A stretch of 64,000 nt of DNA from a virus (lineage: Duplodnaviria > Caudoviricetes). The translations under genes and the position numbers were made by a program. How positions within the stretch are numbered: the stretch's first letter is position 1; each line of letters starts with the position of its first letter. Under the pieces are notes generated by a model. The model had not been told where the DNA came from and did no database searches. It saw only the letters and a program-made list of their open reading frames with translations. Location of the stretch: the IMG/VR virus record IMGVR_UViG_3300033073_000489, positions 18,781 through 82,780 of that record; one strand, written 5' to 3'. Positions 28,939-38,931 of this stretch are shown here, piece after piece.

Positions 28939-29736
28939 ATGTCAATCACAGCTAGCAAGATTAAATCATTATGGTATCCACGAGAGTGGTTCTTTATTCT
29001 AATGCAATTATTAGCCGCAGGATCGTTTGTGTGGGCATTACTTAATCCTGCAGGATTAGACTATTGGTTGCTGTCCCTATTGGGTTATTTTCTAATCACG
29101 TGTTTAGGCATTACTGTTACATTTCACAGACTGTTAACACATCGCTCTTATGTGCTAGCTAAACCGTTAGAAAGACTGTTTAGTTTCTTTGGCAACATTG
29201 GCTGCACCGGCAGTTCAGTTGGGTGGGTCTTTGTCCACAGGGCTCATCACAAACATGCAGATCAAGCAGGTGACCCGCACAGTCCAGTAACCTTAGGACC
29301 TGTTGGGGCTATAGTTGGTGACTACGGCGGTCCATTTAATAAATGGTTAGTTAAGGATATCATCAACGATCCAGTTCAGCGCTTTATGCACGAATACTAT
29401 ATTGCAATGATCCTTGCTCTGTTAGCAGGATTGTTCATTGTTAATCCGTTAGTTGCAGTATACTTGTTTTTAATTCCAGTATTCTTTAATACGATTGCAT
29501 CACGTTTTAGTAATTGGATTGATCACGATCCTAAGTTTGGAACTCGCCCTGTAGAAACTAAAGATGCTTCACACAACGTTTGGTGGTGGGCATATTTGAC
29601 ATTTGGCGAAGGTTGGCACAACAACCATCACGCACGACCCGGCGATTATCAAATTGGTAAAAAATGGTATCAGTTCGATCCGGGCAGATATGTTATTGAG
29701 TTGTTGATGCTTTTAAAACTAGCACATCCTAGATAA
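28939..29736 (+). CDS. Membrane fatty-acid desaturase
   Basis: HRLLTH, HRAHH, GEGWHNNHH; DPHSP. Confidence 0.9.
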   Translation: MSITASKIKSLWYPREWFFILMQLLAAGSFVWALLNPAGLDYWLLSLLGYFLITCLGITVTFHRLLTHRSYVLAKPLERLFSFFGNIGCTGSSVGWVFVHRAHHKHADQAGDPHSPVTLGPVGAIVGDYGGPFNKWLVKDIINDPVQRFMHEYYIAMILALLAGLFIVNPLVAVYLFLIPVFFNTIASRFSNWIDHDPKFGTRPVETKDASHNVWWWAYLTFGEGWHNNHHARPGDYQIGKKWYQFDPGRYVIELLMLLKLAHPR

Positions 29737-29739
29737 CTA

Positions 29740-30288
29740 ATGCGGTATTTTAAAGAAATTGATATAGATTTTTATGACGAAATTGTTAAGAAATCTATAG
29801 AATATGTATTATCACAACCCTTTGTAACAGAAGAGAAGATAGACAATTTTTTTAAATTAGATTTAAAATCATATTTTAATTATTGTCCAGAAGCCCTTAA
29901 GGCGTTTAGTAAACTAGGCCTTACGCCTATGATGGTTGCAGTTTACTATACTGTTAAAGACGAAGAGAGTCCTATACATATAGACTATCCAACTCCCGAT
30001 TGTAGAATAAACATTCCTTTAATAAACTGCGACAGTTCTGCTACAGTATTTTATGAAGCACCACTTACTACTAAAGAGCAACAAAACAATGGTTTGAATT
30101 TTTATTTGTGCGATGCCGACGCTGCTGTTGAAGTTGCAAGAGTTACTATTAGAAAAGCAACAGTTATTCGTGTTAATAAACCTCACAAGGTTCATATGTT
30201 TAAAAAAGGTGCTCCGCGTATGTGCCTAACTGTTCGATTTGTGCAAGATCCTAAGTTTTTATTAGAAGACGACGATGAGATATTATAA
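29740..30288 (+). CDS. 2OG-Fe(II)/cupin oxygenase-like protein
   Basis: IHID, RINIPL, PHKV, RMCLT. Confidence 0.7.
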   Translation: MRYFKEIDIDFYDEIVKKSIEYVLSQPFVTEEKIDNFFKLDLKSYFNYCPEALKAFSKLGLTPMMVAVYYTVKDEESPIHIDYPTPDCRINIPLINCDSSATVFYEAPLTTKEQQNNGLNFYLCDADAAVEVARVTIRKATVIRVNKPHKVHMFKKGAPRMCLTVRFVQDPKFLLEDDDEIL

Positions 30289-30838
30289 TAAAATTGATTT
30301 AGATAATATAGATATCATTATCGAAAAGAGTCTAAACTATGTAAAACTTCAAACAGATGTTTATCTTAGAAAGAAAGATGCTTCATTCTATTGGCTTAAT
30401 GCATCTGAGTTACTTGAAGCATGTCCGGAAATTAATCAGAGCTTTTCTAAGTTTGGATTAACTTGCAATTATGCTGCGGTGTATATTACCTATAAGAAAT
30501 CAGATGCAACAATACATGTTGACGATTACTATCACAAAGCGAGAATAAACATTCCCCTGTTAAATTGCAAAGGTAGCTTTACAAATTTTTATAGTAATGT
30601 TAAATTTGAGAAAGTGATTAATGAATTTACAAAGTGCCCGTATCTTCGAGTTGTAAATGATGATTACAAGTTAGAGGATCGTGTTGAAATAGACCAAGCA
30701 ACTGTCATTTTAACAAGCGAAGCACATATGGTAGACATGAACATTGCCGAATCTCCTAGGATTGCTCTTACACTAGGATTTGATAAAGATCCAGCGTTCC
30801 TTATTCCACAAGACACTACGGTTATTCGTAGTGAATAA
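30275..30838 (+). CDS. 2OG-Fe(II)/cupin oxygenase-like protein
   Basis: IHVD, RINIPL, AHMV, RIALT; tandem paralog of 29740-30288. Confidence 0.7.
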   Translation: MRYYNKIDLDNIDIIIEKSLNYVKLQTDVYLRKKDASFYWLNASELLEACPEINQSFSKFGLTCNYAAVYITYKKSDATIHVDDYYHKARINIPLLNCKGSFTNFYSNVKFEKVINEFTKCPYLRVVNDDYKLEDRVEIDQATVILTSEAHMVDMNIAESPRIALTLGFDKDPAFLIPQDTTVIRSE

Positions 30839-31430
30839 AGTCAGGGTATCTTGCCTGGCTTTCTTCGATTAACTTTTTATAATAGTCTGTTTTAAAAGAA
30901 CCGTAATAAACAATAAGTTGTTTATGGTGCCCATACCAGAAGTCTGTGCCGTGTTGCGACTTGTTATCCCAATACAACCAAGTATTTGAATCAGGGGGCA
31001 ATCGCTGATACTTTTGTTCTTCATTTACTTTGTAATAAAATGTAGGTTTGAAATTATTATCATAAAGCATTGAGCGAACACTAATTGCTGGAACTGTATG
31101 ATCATTGTGCGGAATAACTGTAGCTAAACTAGACACTACTCGCATTGCTTTAATCTCAACTGGAAACGCATCTAGGTTATTAAACAAGGTTGGAAACAAA
31201 TCTGGACAGTCAACATTTGGTGCAGAATATCCAGTTAGTGCTTCTGTATCGACACCGGGGGCTACATACACATCAAATCCGCGCCATTCTGCTCCAGTCT
31301 CATTATGATTTTTATTAACCTTTGGTATTCGTTTACCTTCAGTTAACCAAAGGCGCCACCAGCGCGGCCAATCTACTGGCTGTATCTTTGGCCATACTAT
31401 CGGAGCTGAAATTATTTTTAAGTCGTCCAT
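30822..31430 (-). CDS. Asp/Asn beta-hydroxylase-like 2OG oxygenase
   Basis: IPHND and SQHG motifs. Confidence 0.55.
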   Translation of the reverse strand: MDDLKIISAPIVWPKIQPVDWPRWWRLWLTEGKRIPKVNKNHNETGAEWRGFDVYVAPGVDTEALTGYSAPNVDCPDLFPTLFNNLDAFPVEIKAMRVVSSLATVIPHNDHTVPAISVRSMLYDNNFKPTFYYKVNEEQKYQRLPPDSNTWLYWDNKSQHGTDFWYGHHKQLIVYYGSFKTDYYKKLIEESQARYPDFIHYE

Positions 31431-31435
31431 GTGGT

Positions 31436-31443
31436 TATAAATA
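31436..31443 (+). promoter_or_regulatory. T4-type late promoter
   Basis: TATAAATA 17 nt before ATG 31461. Confidence 0.6.
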
Positions 31444-31460
31444 GTTGTATATAATTATTT

Positions 31461-32051
31461 ATGACCATGAAAGAACTCTATAAAAATATTGTAATTCCAA
31501 ATTTTGAATCAATTCAACAAGAGCTACTTGCCTGTATTGATCACGATTACAAAGCAGATACAAAACCTCATGCGTTTACTTATAGTGAACAATACATGTC
31601 AGAAAAGTGTCCGCAGTTTATGAGCTGGCTACGTCCAAGGTGCAAACTGCCAATCAGACTCTTAAGATTTTATATAACGCCACCACATCAAAAGCTAGGC
31701 GCACATATAGACGGTGGCGGCAGAAGCCCTGTAGTTCCGTTAGGATTAAACATACCAGTTGCAGGTTCAACAAATACGTTTATGACATGGTATGAGTGTA
31801 AGCCTGAAAATTTACGCACAGACAACCCAGATGGATACTTAGGCGGAGTTCATCCTAAAGATTATACGCAACTAGTTCCGATTGAATCTATTGAAATCAC
31901 TAAACCGTGCTTTACTAATAATTCAATCATGCACGGTGTTGAAAACAAGAGTGACGAATACCGAGTTATGTTTACCGTTCGATGGGTGCTAGATCATTTT
32001 ATTGGAAGAACTATTGAGGACTGTATTAAAACCGAAGGGCTATTTGAATGA
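31461..32051 (+). CDS. 2OG-Fe(II)/cupin oxygenase-like protein
   Basis: AHID, LNIPV, MHGVEN, RVMFT. Confidence 0.7.
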   Translation: MTMKELYKNIVIPNFESIQQELLACIDHDYKADTKPHAFTYSEQYMSEKCPQFMSWLRPRCKLPIRLLRFYITPPHQKLGAHIDGGGRSPVVPLGLNIPVAGSTNTFMTWYECKPENLRTDNPDGYLGGVHPKDYTQLVPIESIEITKPCFTNNSIMHGVENKSDEYRVMFTVRWVLDHFIGRTIEDCIKTEGLFE

Positions 32052-32809
32052 GATATCTAGCAGCTAGTGCCAACACTATTACAAATGTTCAATTATTTAC
32101 AGGCGTTGCTTCTGTTATAGGATTGTTCTTTGCCGACTTTACACTAACAAATATATTAATTACTATTGCGTTCTTTTATATCTATAGTATTTTAGGTATC
32201 AGTATTACGCTACACAGGTATTATACTCACAAGGCGTTTGAATTTAAACATCCTGCTCTTAAATGGTTGTTTACTTTGTTTGCTTTGTTAGCAGGCCGTG
32301 CAAGTATACTAGGTTGGGTATATGTCCACAGACTGCACCATGCTAACACAGATAACGACAAAGATCCGCACTCGCCCCTAACTATTGGATATAAACTATT
32401 TGGGTTTAAACACATAGAAGAAAAGTCAGAGAAGATGAAAATTTTCCTAGTCAAAGATTTAATGACCAAGGAGCACATCTGGATCAATAACTATTACCTA
32501 ACAGTTATTATAAGTTGGATTATACTAATGGGACTAATCAATCCTAGTCTAATTTACTTTACTTGGATCTTACCAGCATTTATCGTTCAGCTTAGTCAAA
32601 ATAATTTTAACTACTTTGCACACAAGAACGGGTATAGGAACTTTGAAACTAAAGACATGAGCACAAATAATGCTTGGTTGTTTCCGTTTATTCTAGGCGA
32701 TGCTTGGCATAACAATCATCACGGTAGACCTGCTGTTTCAACTACAAAAGTAAAATGGTGGGAAATTGATCCAGCTGAATGGATTATTACTTTGGTAAAG
32801 AAGGCTTAG
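32048..32809 (+). CDS. Membrane fatty-acid desaturase
   Basis: HRYYTH, HRLHH, GDAWHNNHH; ends in TAG. Confidence 0.9.
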   Translation: MRYLAASANTITNVQLFTGVASVIGLFFADFTLTNILITIAFFYIYSILGISITLHRYYTHKAFEFKHPALKWLFTLFALLAGRASILGWVYVHRLHHANTDNDKDPHSPLTIGYKLFGFKHIEEKSEKMKIFLVKDLMTKEHIWINNYYLTVIISWIILMGLINPSLIYFTWILPAFIVQLSQNNFNYFAHKNGYRNFETKDMSTNNAWLFPFILGDAWHNNHHGRPAVSTTKVKWWEIDPAEWIITLVKKA

Positions 32810-33434
32810 CCTGTAGTTCTTCTACGGAATATGGGCTAGCGCCTTGCTCTAAAGGACTAACATTATCGTAATCTTTTCTGAACTCGGGGCGCAAACTCCG
32901 GTGTTTGACAGTCATGTCAGTGGGCTTAACTTGTTCACCTAACAGCCTGTAAACAAATCTAGGCTCTGGGATAGTATTTGCTGGAACACGAGCATATGTT
33001 TCTAAGTCATATCTTCCGGTATCTACCCAGGGATTCTTCATCCATTGACGCTGATAAACATGTTCTAGTCGCGATGCTAGTGTGTAAAAGTAGTCCCAAT
33101 ATTTTCTATGTTCTGCAATTTCAAAACAGCCTTTCATTAAGTATCCCATCTCGGGCTTATCAAATGATAGGATATTACTAAATCGATTAGACCATAACGA
33201 TGTAATAGTCCAGATGTTCATGTCGTCTTGTTTTCCAAAACGTAGAGTTGCCCAGCTAATCATCTTATCTTCTTCGTAATACCCAAGGGCCAATGCAATC
33301 GGGCTAGTTGTAAAATAATAGTAGTAGCGTTTGTCTAACTGATCAGATGGTGCTGTTCCGCCGTGACGTGACTTTAACGAAGTCATTTTTATTGCTTCGT
33401 CAAAATCCATTATGTTTAATACTTTTAATCTCAT
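32787..33434 (-). CDS. GNAT-like hypothetical protein
   Basis: Start moved to MRLKV; ALGYYEEDKMISWA resembles 23658-24224. Confidence 0.5.
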   Translation of the reverse strand: MRLKVLNIMDFDEAIKMTSLKSRHGGTAPSDQLDKRYYYYFTTSPIALALGYYEEDKMISWATLRFGKQDDMNIWTITSLWSNRFSNILSFDKPEMGYLMKGCFEIAEHRKYWDYFYTLASRLEHVYQRQWMKNPWVDTGRYDLETYARVPANTIPEPRFVYRLLGEQVKPTDMTVKHRSLRPEFRKDYDNVSPLEQGASPYSVEELQAKPSLPK

Positions 33435-33461
33435 GCCTGCAATCTCATAATAAGTATATGT

Positions 33462-34070
33462 ATGTATATGATCCACGAATATAAACAGTTTGATCAAGAG
33501 CGATTTTTTCATTTTTTAAAAAAAGAACATCTTGATATTAAACACCCTGCACACATTAACATGTGGCATGATGATTGGAAAACTCACAATAATACGCTTC
33601 CTTATCTCTTAGAACAGACTAACAGATTCGTAGAGCCCAAAGGTAATTTTTATATTCTTACAGATAATGATACTATTGTAGGTTGTAGCGGAGTCTATAT
33701 CAGTGACTTCAGTGATAAAGTGGCGATGGCCGGAACTCGATCGTGGATTACTAAAGAATATCGAAATAGGGGATTGCTAAAAGATTATCTCTTACCTGAA
33801 CACAAAGATTGGGCTATTGCAAATAAATGTGAACAAGTTGCACTATGCTTTAATGATTATAACAAGAATTTAATTGAAGTGTTTAATAGAACTCGGCTAG
33901 CGGAACCCGTTAATAGAATAACATCAAGGTCTGATCGTAACTTATTTTATTCAGGTCTTCATCGAGTTCCATTTCGTGTAAACATACAATACACACCTCA
34001 GTGGGTCATCTACGAAACTATTGCACCCGGTGAAAGTTTTAGCTGGGAAACGATTCGTAATCTAGACTAA
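33462..34070 (+). CDS. GNAT acetyltransferase-like protein
   Basis: IVGCSG...WITKEYRNRGL (motif A R-x-x-G). Confidence 0.6.
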   Translation: MYMIHEYKQFDQERFFHFLKKEHLDIKHPAHINMWHDDWKTHNNTLPYLLEQTNRFVEPKGNFYILTDNDTIVGCSGVYISDFSDKVAMAGTRSWITKEYRNRGLLKDYLLPEHKDWAIANKCEQVALCFNDYNKNLIEVFNRTRLAEPVNRITSRSDRNLFYSGLHRVPFRVNIQYTPQWVIYETIAPGESFSWETIRNLD

Positions 34071-34081
34071 GCAGTCAAAAA

Positions 34082-34103
34082 AATAGGACCCGGAGGTCCT
34101 ATT
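34082..34103. terminator. Bidirectional terminator
   Basis: AATAGGACC-CGGA-GGTCCTATT at the island's right border. Confidence 0.8.
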
Positions 34104-34566
34104 ATTCTGCATACCAAATTTCTGTAAAACCTTCGTCTTCGGTTGGCATTTCAAACCCAGCAATCATACTAGCAATAACGTGCTCTGGAATTTCTTTCCC
34201 AGGACGACTCCACAGTCTACGAATCAACTCCTTATGCTCTGGTGTCTTGAACACGACGGCAATATGCTCGTAGTTTGGCAGAGTGTTAAACTTACGCTTA
34301 CGGCTAGCAATAGTTGTTGAAGTTTGATCCCAGATTACATCTAAGTTGTTTGCTTGACAGACCAACGCTTGGTTTGCCATTAACCGAACAGCGATTGGCA
34401 TGTATTCAGTAAACACTTCAGAGTAAGTCTTACCTTGCTCCTTAGCGTATGCTTCTACAAAGTTGTCAGTAGACACTACAGGAATATCCTTAGCCCAGTC
34501 TTGGTTGTTAATCCAAGTAGACTTTCCAGATCCTGGAACACCGACTAATTGATAACACTTTGGCAT
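34102..34566 (-). CDS. P-loop kinase, polynucleotide-kinase-like (AAA_33)
   Basis: GVPGSGKST, WDQT...RK. Confidence 0.8.
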   Translation of the reverse strand: MPKCYQLVGVPGSGKSTWINNQDWAKDIPVVSTDNFVEAYAKEQGKTYSEVFTEYMPIAVRLMANQALVCQANNLDVIWDQTSTTIASRKRKFNTLPNYEHIAVVFKTPEHKELIRRLWSRPGKEIPEHVIASMIAGFEMPTEDEGFTEIWYAE

Positions 34567-34739
34567 TTTTGTAACCTTTCTATTTCATCAGCTGCCTCTT
34601 CCAGCAGGTCTGCTATACGATCTCTTGCACCTTCTTCAACACTCTTACGGCCAGGTATCTGTCGTCTAATCTCCGCCCGTTTGCGCAAACGGAAGACTAG
34701 ACTTTGTTCAGATACTGGCAAGTGACTTTCATCTTTCAT
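34545..34739 (-). CDS. Small hypothetical protein
   Basis: Start MKDES; LVFRLRKRAEIRRQI...DLLEEAADEI. Confidence 0.65.
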   Translation of the reverse strand: MKDESHLPVSEQSLVFRLRKRAEIRRQIPGRKSVEEGARDRIADLLEEAADEIERLQKCQSVIN

Positions 34740-35635
34740 GCTAATTGTTCCCTTACCCATGCTAGACGAGCTTGCTCGTCCATTGCTGTGTATTCTACTA
34801 TGTTAGCACGGATTGCGTCAACCAGTGGATAGTATTCTTCATCTAGATTGTGCTTAATGTCCTTGTTCAAGTCTACTAACTTATCTGTGCGTGGATTGCG
34901 AGCAACCCACTTTGAAGTTAGGTAGTATGGTGACTTGATCTTAGCACTCACACCTTCGTCAGTATAGAATACATAACCTTCATGCTTACATTCCTTAGCC
35001 AACTGTTCCAAACGTGCCATGTTAGTTGTAACACTTTCTGCCCAGAAACAGTTTAGGCTACGAGCAAAGTCCATTAGGATGTATGGGTCATGTAAGATCT
35101 TAGAGCCGAACACGTTTTCGCGCCAGCCTAACAAATACATACCCGACTTTTCTGGAATGATATGTGGATCACTTGGATGCACACATTCAAACATAAAAGT
35201 CACTCCCTTGCACTCTGCGTTGCCTAGTGCCATTTGCCAGTCAGCCCAGCACATATGAGTTAGCATCATTTCTTTTGCCATTGCTACATATGGGCTGTCT
35301 GTGCTACCAGTAGTAGACACTAGGATGTCTCCGTTGTGCCAAGTCATAGCAACCATGAACCCGTTTATCTTACGGAACGCTGTAACCTTAGTATCGCCGG
35401 ATAGCTTTGGAGCTTCCTTTTCAATACCGTAGTTATAGATCTTTGTGAATGGATATGTAACTAGGTTAAAATCCTTGTCCACAATAGACCCACGACATTC
35501 TGCAATGTAGTCGTTCCACAAGTTGTCGTAGAATACCTTCTTCTTATACTTTAATACAAAGAGCCCGTCACTACATTCCTTCATGTTAACCAATCCAGAA
35601 GTAGCAACGTAGTTCTTTAACTCATCCTTAAACAT
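34736..35635 (-). CDS. RNA ligase (T4 Rnl1-like)
   Basis: ECRG, PFTKIYNY, motif I RKINGFM, FECVHP, HEGYV, KIKSPYY. Confidence 0.85.
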   Translation of the reverse strand: MFKDELKNYVATSGLVNMKECSDGLFVLKYKKKVFYDNLWNDYIAECRGSIVDKDFNLVTYPFTKIYNYGIEKEAPKLSGDTKVTAFRKINGFMVAMTWHNGDILVSTTGSTDSPYVAMAKEMMLTHMCWADWQMALGNAECKGVTFMFECVHPSDPHIIPEKSGMYLLGWRENVFGSKILHDPYILMDFARSLNCFWAESVTTNMARLEQLAKECKHEGYVFYTDEGVSAKIKSPYYLTSKWVARNPRTDKLVDLNKDIKHNLDEEYYPLVDAIRANIVEYTAMDEQARLAWVREQLA

Positions 35636-36176
35636 GATGACCCTTAATTTCTTTGTCCTTGATCATACGTATAGCACGATCCAAGCCAATTACAATTTCT
35701 CCAGTTGAGTCCATACCCACATCTAATGCGCGATACTTTTCCAACCCGCTTACACCACCGTGCAAGTGTCCATGAAAATGCAAAGCTCCTCTGTGCATTT
35801 GATCCCACTCAGCGATTGGATAGTGGAACATAACAATCTTGTGACCGTCATACGTCATATCCAAATACTTGTGAACTTCCTTAAATGCATTACGGAAAGT
35901 TACATCCATCAATGTCTTGCGATCGTGGTTACCTTCAATCAAAATCTTTGTGCCGTTCAAACGATTAATCATTCTACCAGCATCGCTACCTGACATGAAC
36001 GCTACATCACCTAAGATGTAAACTGTGTCTTCGGGTTGAACCTTGTGGTTCCATTCCTCAACCATAGCATTATTCATGTAGGTAACATCGTCATTAAAAC
36101 GTGCTCGCGTCTGTGGGCAGAACTTCATAATGTTCTTATGCCCAAAGTGCAAGTCACTTGTAATCCATGTTTTCAT
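35628..36176 (-). CDS. Calcineurin-like phosphoesterase
   Basis: SDLHFGH, LGD, GNHD, HYP, HGHLH, DVG. Confidence 0.9.
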   Translation of the reverse strand: MKTWITSDLHFGHKNIMKFCPQTRARFNDDVTYMNNAMVEEWNHKVQPEDTVYILGDVAFMSGSDAGRMINRLNGTKILIEGNHDRKTLMDVTFRNAFKEVHKYLDMTYDGHKIVMFHYPIAEWDQMHRGALHFHGHLHGGVSGLEKYRALDVGMDSTGEIVIGLDRAIRMIKDKEIKGHHV

Positions 36177-36374
36177 TTATTCACCTACAAATTCTTTTAC
36201 CCATTCAAAATGAGTTTCGCTGGCCTTAACCCACTTAAACTGCTCTCGACGTCTGTTGATCTTGTCGAAGTCAAAGCAAATAAAGATCCAGCCCTTTTCT
36301 TCTGAGAACTGCACAGATTCAGCAACCCGAACAATCTGCACAATCCTGTCCTTAAACTTTGCTACGATCATCAT
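36177..36374 (-). CDS. Hypothetical protein
   Basis: 65-aa ORF in the operon. Confidence 0.6.
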   Translation of the reverse strand: MMIVAKFKDRIVQIVRVAESVQFSEEKGWIFICFDFDKINRRREQFKWVKASETHFEWVKEFVGE

Positions 36375-36383
36375 ACTGGCTCC

Positions 36384-36665
36384 TTACATGGACCAGTAAG
36401 TCTCCGAAGCTGGATTGCAACACCAAGGAGTGTCGCGATCAATTTGGACATCTTTACCGGTCATCAAATTCTTAACTGTTTTCATTGTTGGGAAATATTC
36501 AAAACGATAGCCCAACTTTGCAGGATACAAACTAAACAATTCGGCGCATTCACGCTTCATGCTCGCTTCATCGCGGGCTTGCCAAACTGTAGTAGAAACA
36601 AGACGCTCACCTCGCTTAGTGCGCTTGTCCAATTTGTAGATATACAATGTCCAATCTTGTTTCAT
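36384..36665 (-). CDS. Hypothetical phage protein
   Basis: YKLDKRTKRGER...TPWCCNPASETYWSM. Confidence 0.7.
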   Translation of the reverse strand: MKQDWTLYIYKLDKRTKRGERLVSTTVWQARDEASMKRECAELFSLYPAKLGYRFEYFPTMKTVKNLMTGKDVQIDRDTPWCCNPASETYWSM

Positions 36666-36696
36666 TTCGCTCTCCTATGTGTTTCAGTATATGTAT

Positions 36697-36725
36697 ATTA
36701 TATGCTCAAACGGCTAAGGCGTCAA
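36697..36725 (-). promoter_or_regulatory. sigma70-type promoter of the RNA-repair operon
   Basis: TTGACG-N17-TATAAT. Confidence 0.8.
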
Positions 36726-36754
36726 CCAGAGAGTTGTTGTATTAATACAACACT

Positions 36755-36946
36755 TTACCAATCTTCGACACCGCTAATCTCAATGTTAAACGAGCCCTGT
36801 AGCCCGCCAGCATCAAGTGGAAATGTCATCGTAGTGACGCTTCCAATTCCACTGCTAGAATCTTGGTCTAGTTCAAAAATTTCTACTTCTGGAAACTTAT
36901 CCAAAACTTCTTGAATTTTGTCGATGTCTTTTCTAGTTAAGTGCAT
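36755..36946 (-). CDS. Hypothetical protein
   Basis: 63 aa, DSSSGIGS. Confidence 0.65.
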   Translation of the reverse strand: MHLTRKDIDKIQEVLDKFPEVEIFELDQDSSSGIGSVTTMTFPLDAGGLQGSFNIEISGVEDW

Positions 36947-37413
36947 CAGTCTATACTCCTAAATGTGCGCCAATCATCAAGATTGGGCTTTTCGTTTTCG
37001 TCGTATGTCCAGCCCAATGCCTTCATCATACGATGCTTGACTAACAAGTTAGGGCTACGGAAACGACCAGTATCCTGGAAGCCCATCATGACACCAACTT
37101 CACAAACTGCACCCGAACGGCAGATACCTGCAAAGCAATGAACAACAACGTTCATGTGGTTGTCCTTTGCGTGTTGCAACAGGCGAACTAGCTCGTCGGC
37201 TTGTTCTTGACTGCAACGCATTTCTTCGTCGTCTACGTGATCATTCTTTTCTACATCCAAGAATTCAAAGTTATGAATTTCCTTGAACTTGTGCGCAGGA
37301 GTAGGACGCCAGCTTGCAGGATCAGTAATACTGATCAGCATACTGTTCTCCCCTGCTTCGTGATGGAACCGCTTTGGAATGTCATCAGCGGCGACATTTT
37401 CAATCCATGGCAT
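36946..37413 (-). CDS. Cys-based protein/tyrosine phosphatase-like protein
   Basis: VHCFAGICRS (CX5R). Confidence 0.8.
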   Translation of the reverse strand: MPWIENVAADDIPKRFHHEAGENSMLISITDPASWRPTPAHKFKEIHNFEFLDVEKNDHVDDEEMRCSQEQADELVRLLQHAKDNHMNVVVHCFAGICRSGAVCEVGVMMGFQDTGRFRSPNLLVKHRMMKALGWTYDENEKPNLDDWRTFRSID

Positions 37414-37434
37414 TTACTGCTCCTTTAAAGTTAA

Positions 37435-37463
37435 ATTATACTAGATGTTTTGGACTACGTCAA
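37435..37463 (-). promoter_or_regulatory. sigma70-type promoter
   Basis: TTGACG-N17-TATAAT. Confidence 0.8.
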
Positions 37464-37471
37464 CCTAAAAA

Positions 37472-37493
37472 AATAGCACCCGAAGGTGCTATT
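37472..37493 (-). terminator. Intrinsic terminator after the TROVE-like gene
   Basis: AATAGCACC-UUCG-GGTGCTATT followed by U tract. Confidence 0.85.
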
Positions 37494-37508
37494 AAAAAGT
37501 AATACTTT

Positions 37509-38918
37509 TTAGCTAAGGTCGTAGCGTGGGACCATTACAGTCTTAAGCATGATACCTTCTGGAGTGAATTGGTCCAGATCAGCGGACAGCAAAGCTGTCA
37601 TGATGCTTGGGCTAAATCCGCTAACTAGAGCGGCTCCAGACTTGTCTGACTTAACAGGAACGTTACCGCTACTGTTCAAGTTCCAGAACACAACTTGTGG
37701 TGCGGTATAACCCGCATCAGCATACTTGCGTTCGATCATTTCCATTGCGCTGTCGTCGAAACGAGCGCATTGGTTGAACTGCATGTCTGACAAGATTAGC
37801 AACATCTTTGGCATGTCGCTAGCTGGGACGTTACCCTTAACTGCAACGCTTAGGATCTTGTCCATAGCGGCATGCAAGTTAGTGCTCATTTCCCAGTTGC
37901 TGGTCGACATTTGTTCGACCTTTTGAACAATGTTACCCTTTAGAGTAACAAGTTGTGGCTTGCTAGAGAAAGTCAAGAATGTGTCCTTGAACACGCCCTT
38001 GTTCTTGTCTGCAAGATACAAACCTAGTCCAACCGCTACATCCAAACAACGAACAGTCGAACCTGGAACAGATGTTGTCATCGAACCAGATACGTCAACT
38101 AGAGGCAGGATACTTGCGTCACCTACGTAGTTAGGCAGAGCGTCCCATTGTGCGATCACATGGTCTGTTTCTGTCTTGTTCAGCTTGGTGTAGCTGTGTG
38201 CAATGCCCTTCAACACATCATGTGGGTAGATTGCTGAGGCGTTAACCTTAACAGTCTTATCACCACTTGTCAACTTGGCCACATACTCTGCGAACGCAGG
38301 TGTGTGACGGTTGAATGCCTTCTTGTAGTTGCGAGCAGCCACAGAAGGAACGTGTGAGAAGTTGATGTTATCCCAGTCGTTGGCACACATTTGTGTTTCA
38401 ACAACCTTGGTAAGTGCCACAAGGCTCTTACGATATTGCTTTGGAGTCATTCCAAAGAACGCACGGATTTCCTGTGCGATTTGACCCTTACGAGGAGTCC
38501 ACTTTGCAGCCAAGCCATTACGAGCACGAAGTGCATCGCCTAGCATAGTGTAAGCGGCGCTCTTAAGAGCAGGAGTAGAGAAGACAAAGATGTCGTCCCA
38601 ACGTCCCACTTCAGGCGCCTTCTTTAGCAAAGCCAAAGCGGCGTCTGGGTCACGCTTTTCCAAGTGAACAAGAATGTCACGGAAAAGTTGACGTTCACCC
38701 GCACCACCACGGACATCACGTGCCCATTGTGCGATGCGTAGAGCAACGTCTTGGTTTTCAACATAAGCGGCTGTAAAGTCGCCTACGATGTTCTTACCAC
38801 GGCTTGCGCCAATGTTGTAAAACAGGTCAACTGTAGCCTTGGCTGTTGACTTACGTGCCTTCATACCGTTAGCGGTGCGGGCTTCTTGATTTGCTACTGC
38901 GTTTACAAATGCGTTCAT
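37509..38918 (-). CDS. DUF2828 / TROVE(Ro60)-like protein with vWA domain
   Basis: RDVRGGAGER, WDD, AAKWTPR, vWA MIDAS DVSGSM, ILSDMQF, VFWNL, VSGFS; Ro60 relationship is inferred. Confidence 0.8.
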   Translation of the reverse strand: MNAFVNAVANQEARTANGMKARKSTAKATVDLFYNIGASRGKNIVGDFTAAYVENQDVALRIAQWARDVRGGAGERQLFRDILVHLEKRDPDAALALLKKAPEVGRWDDIFVFSTPALKSAAYTMLGDALRARNGLAAKWTPRKGQIAQEIRAFFGMTPKQYRKSLVALTKVVETQMCANDWDNINFSHVPSVAARNYKKAFNRHTPAFAEYVAKLTSGDKTVKVNASAIYPHDVLKGIAHSYTKLNKTETDHVIAQWDALPNYVGDASILPLVDVSGSMTTSVPGSTVRCLDVAVGLGLYLADKNKGVFKDTFLTFSSKPQLVTLKGNIVQKVEQMSTSNWEMSTNLHAAMDKILSVAVKGNVPASDMPKMLLILSDMQFNQCARFDDSAMEMIERKYADAGYTAPQVVFWNLNSSGNVPVKSDKSGAALVSGFSPSIMTALLSADLDQFTPEGIMLKTVMVPRYDLS

Positions 38919-38931
38919 TTTAATTACCTTT

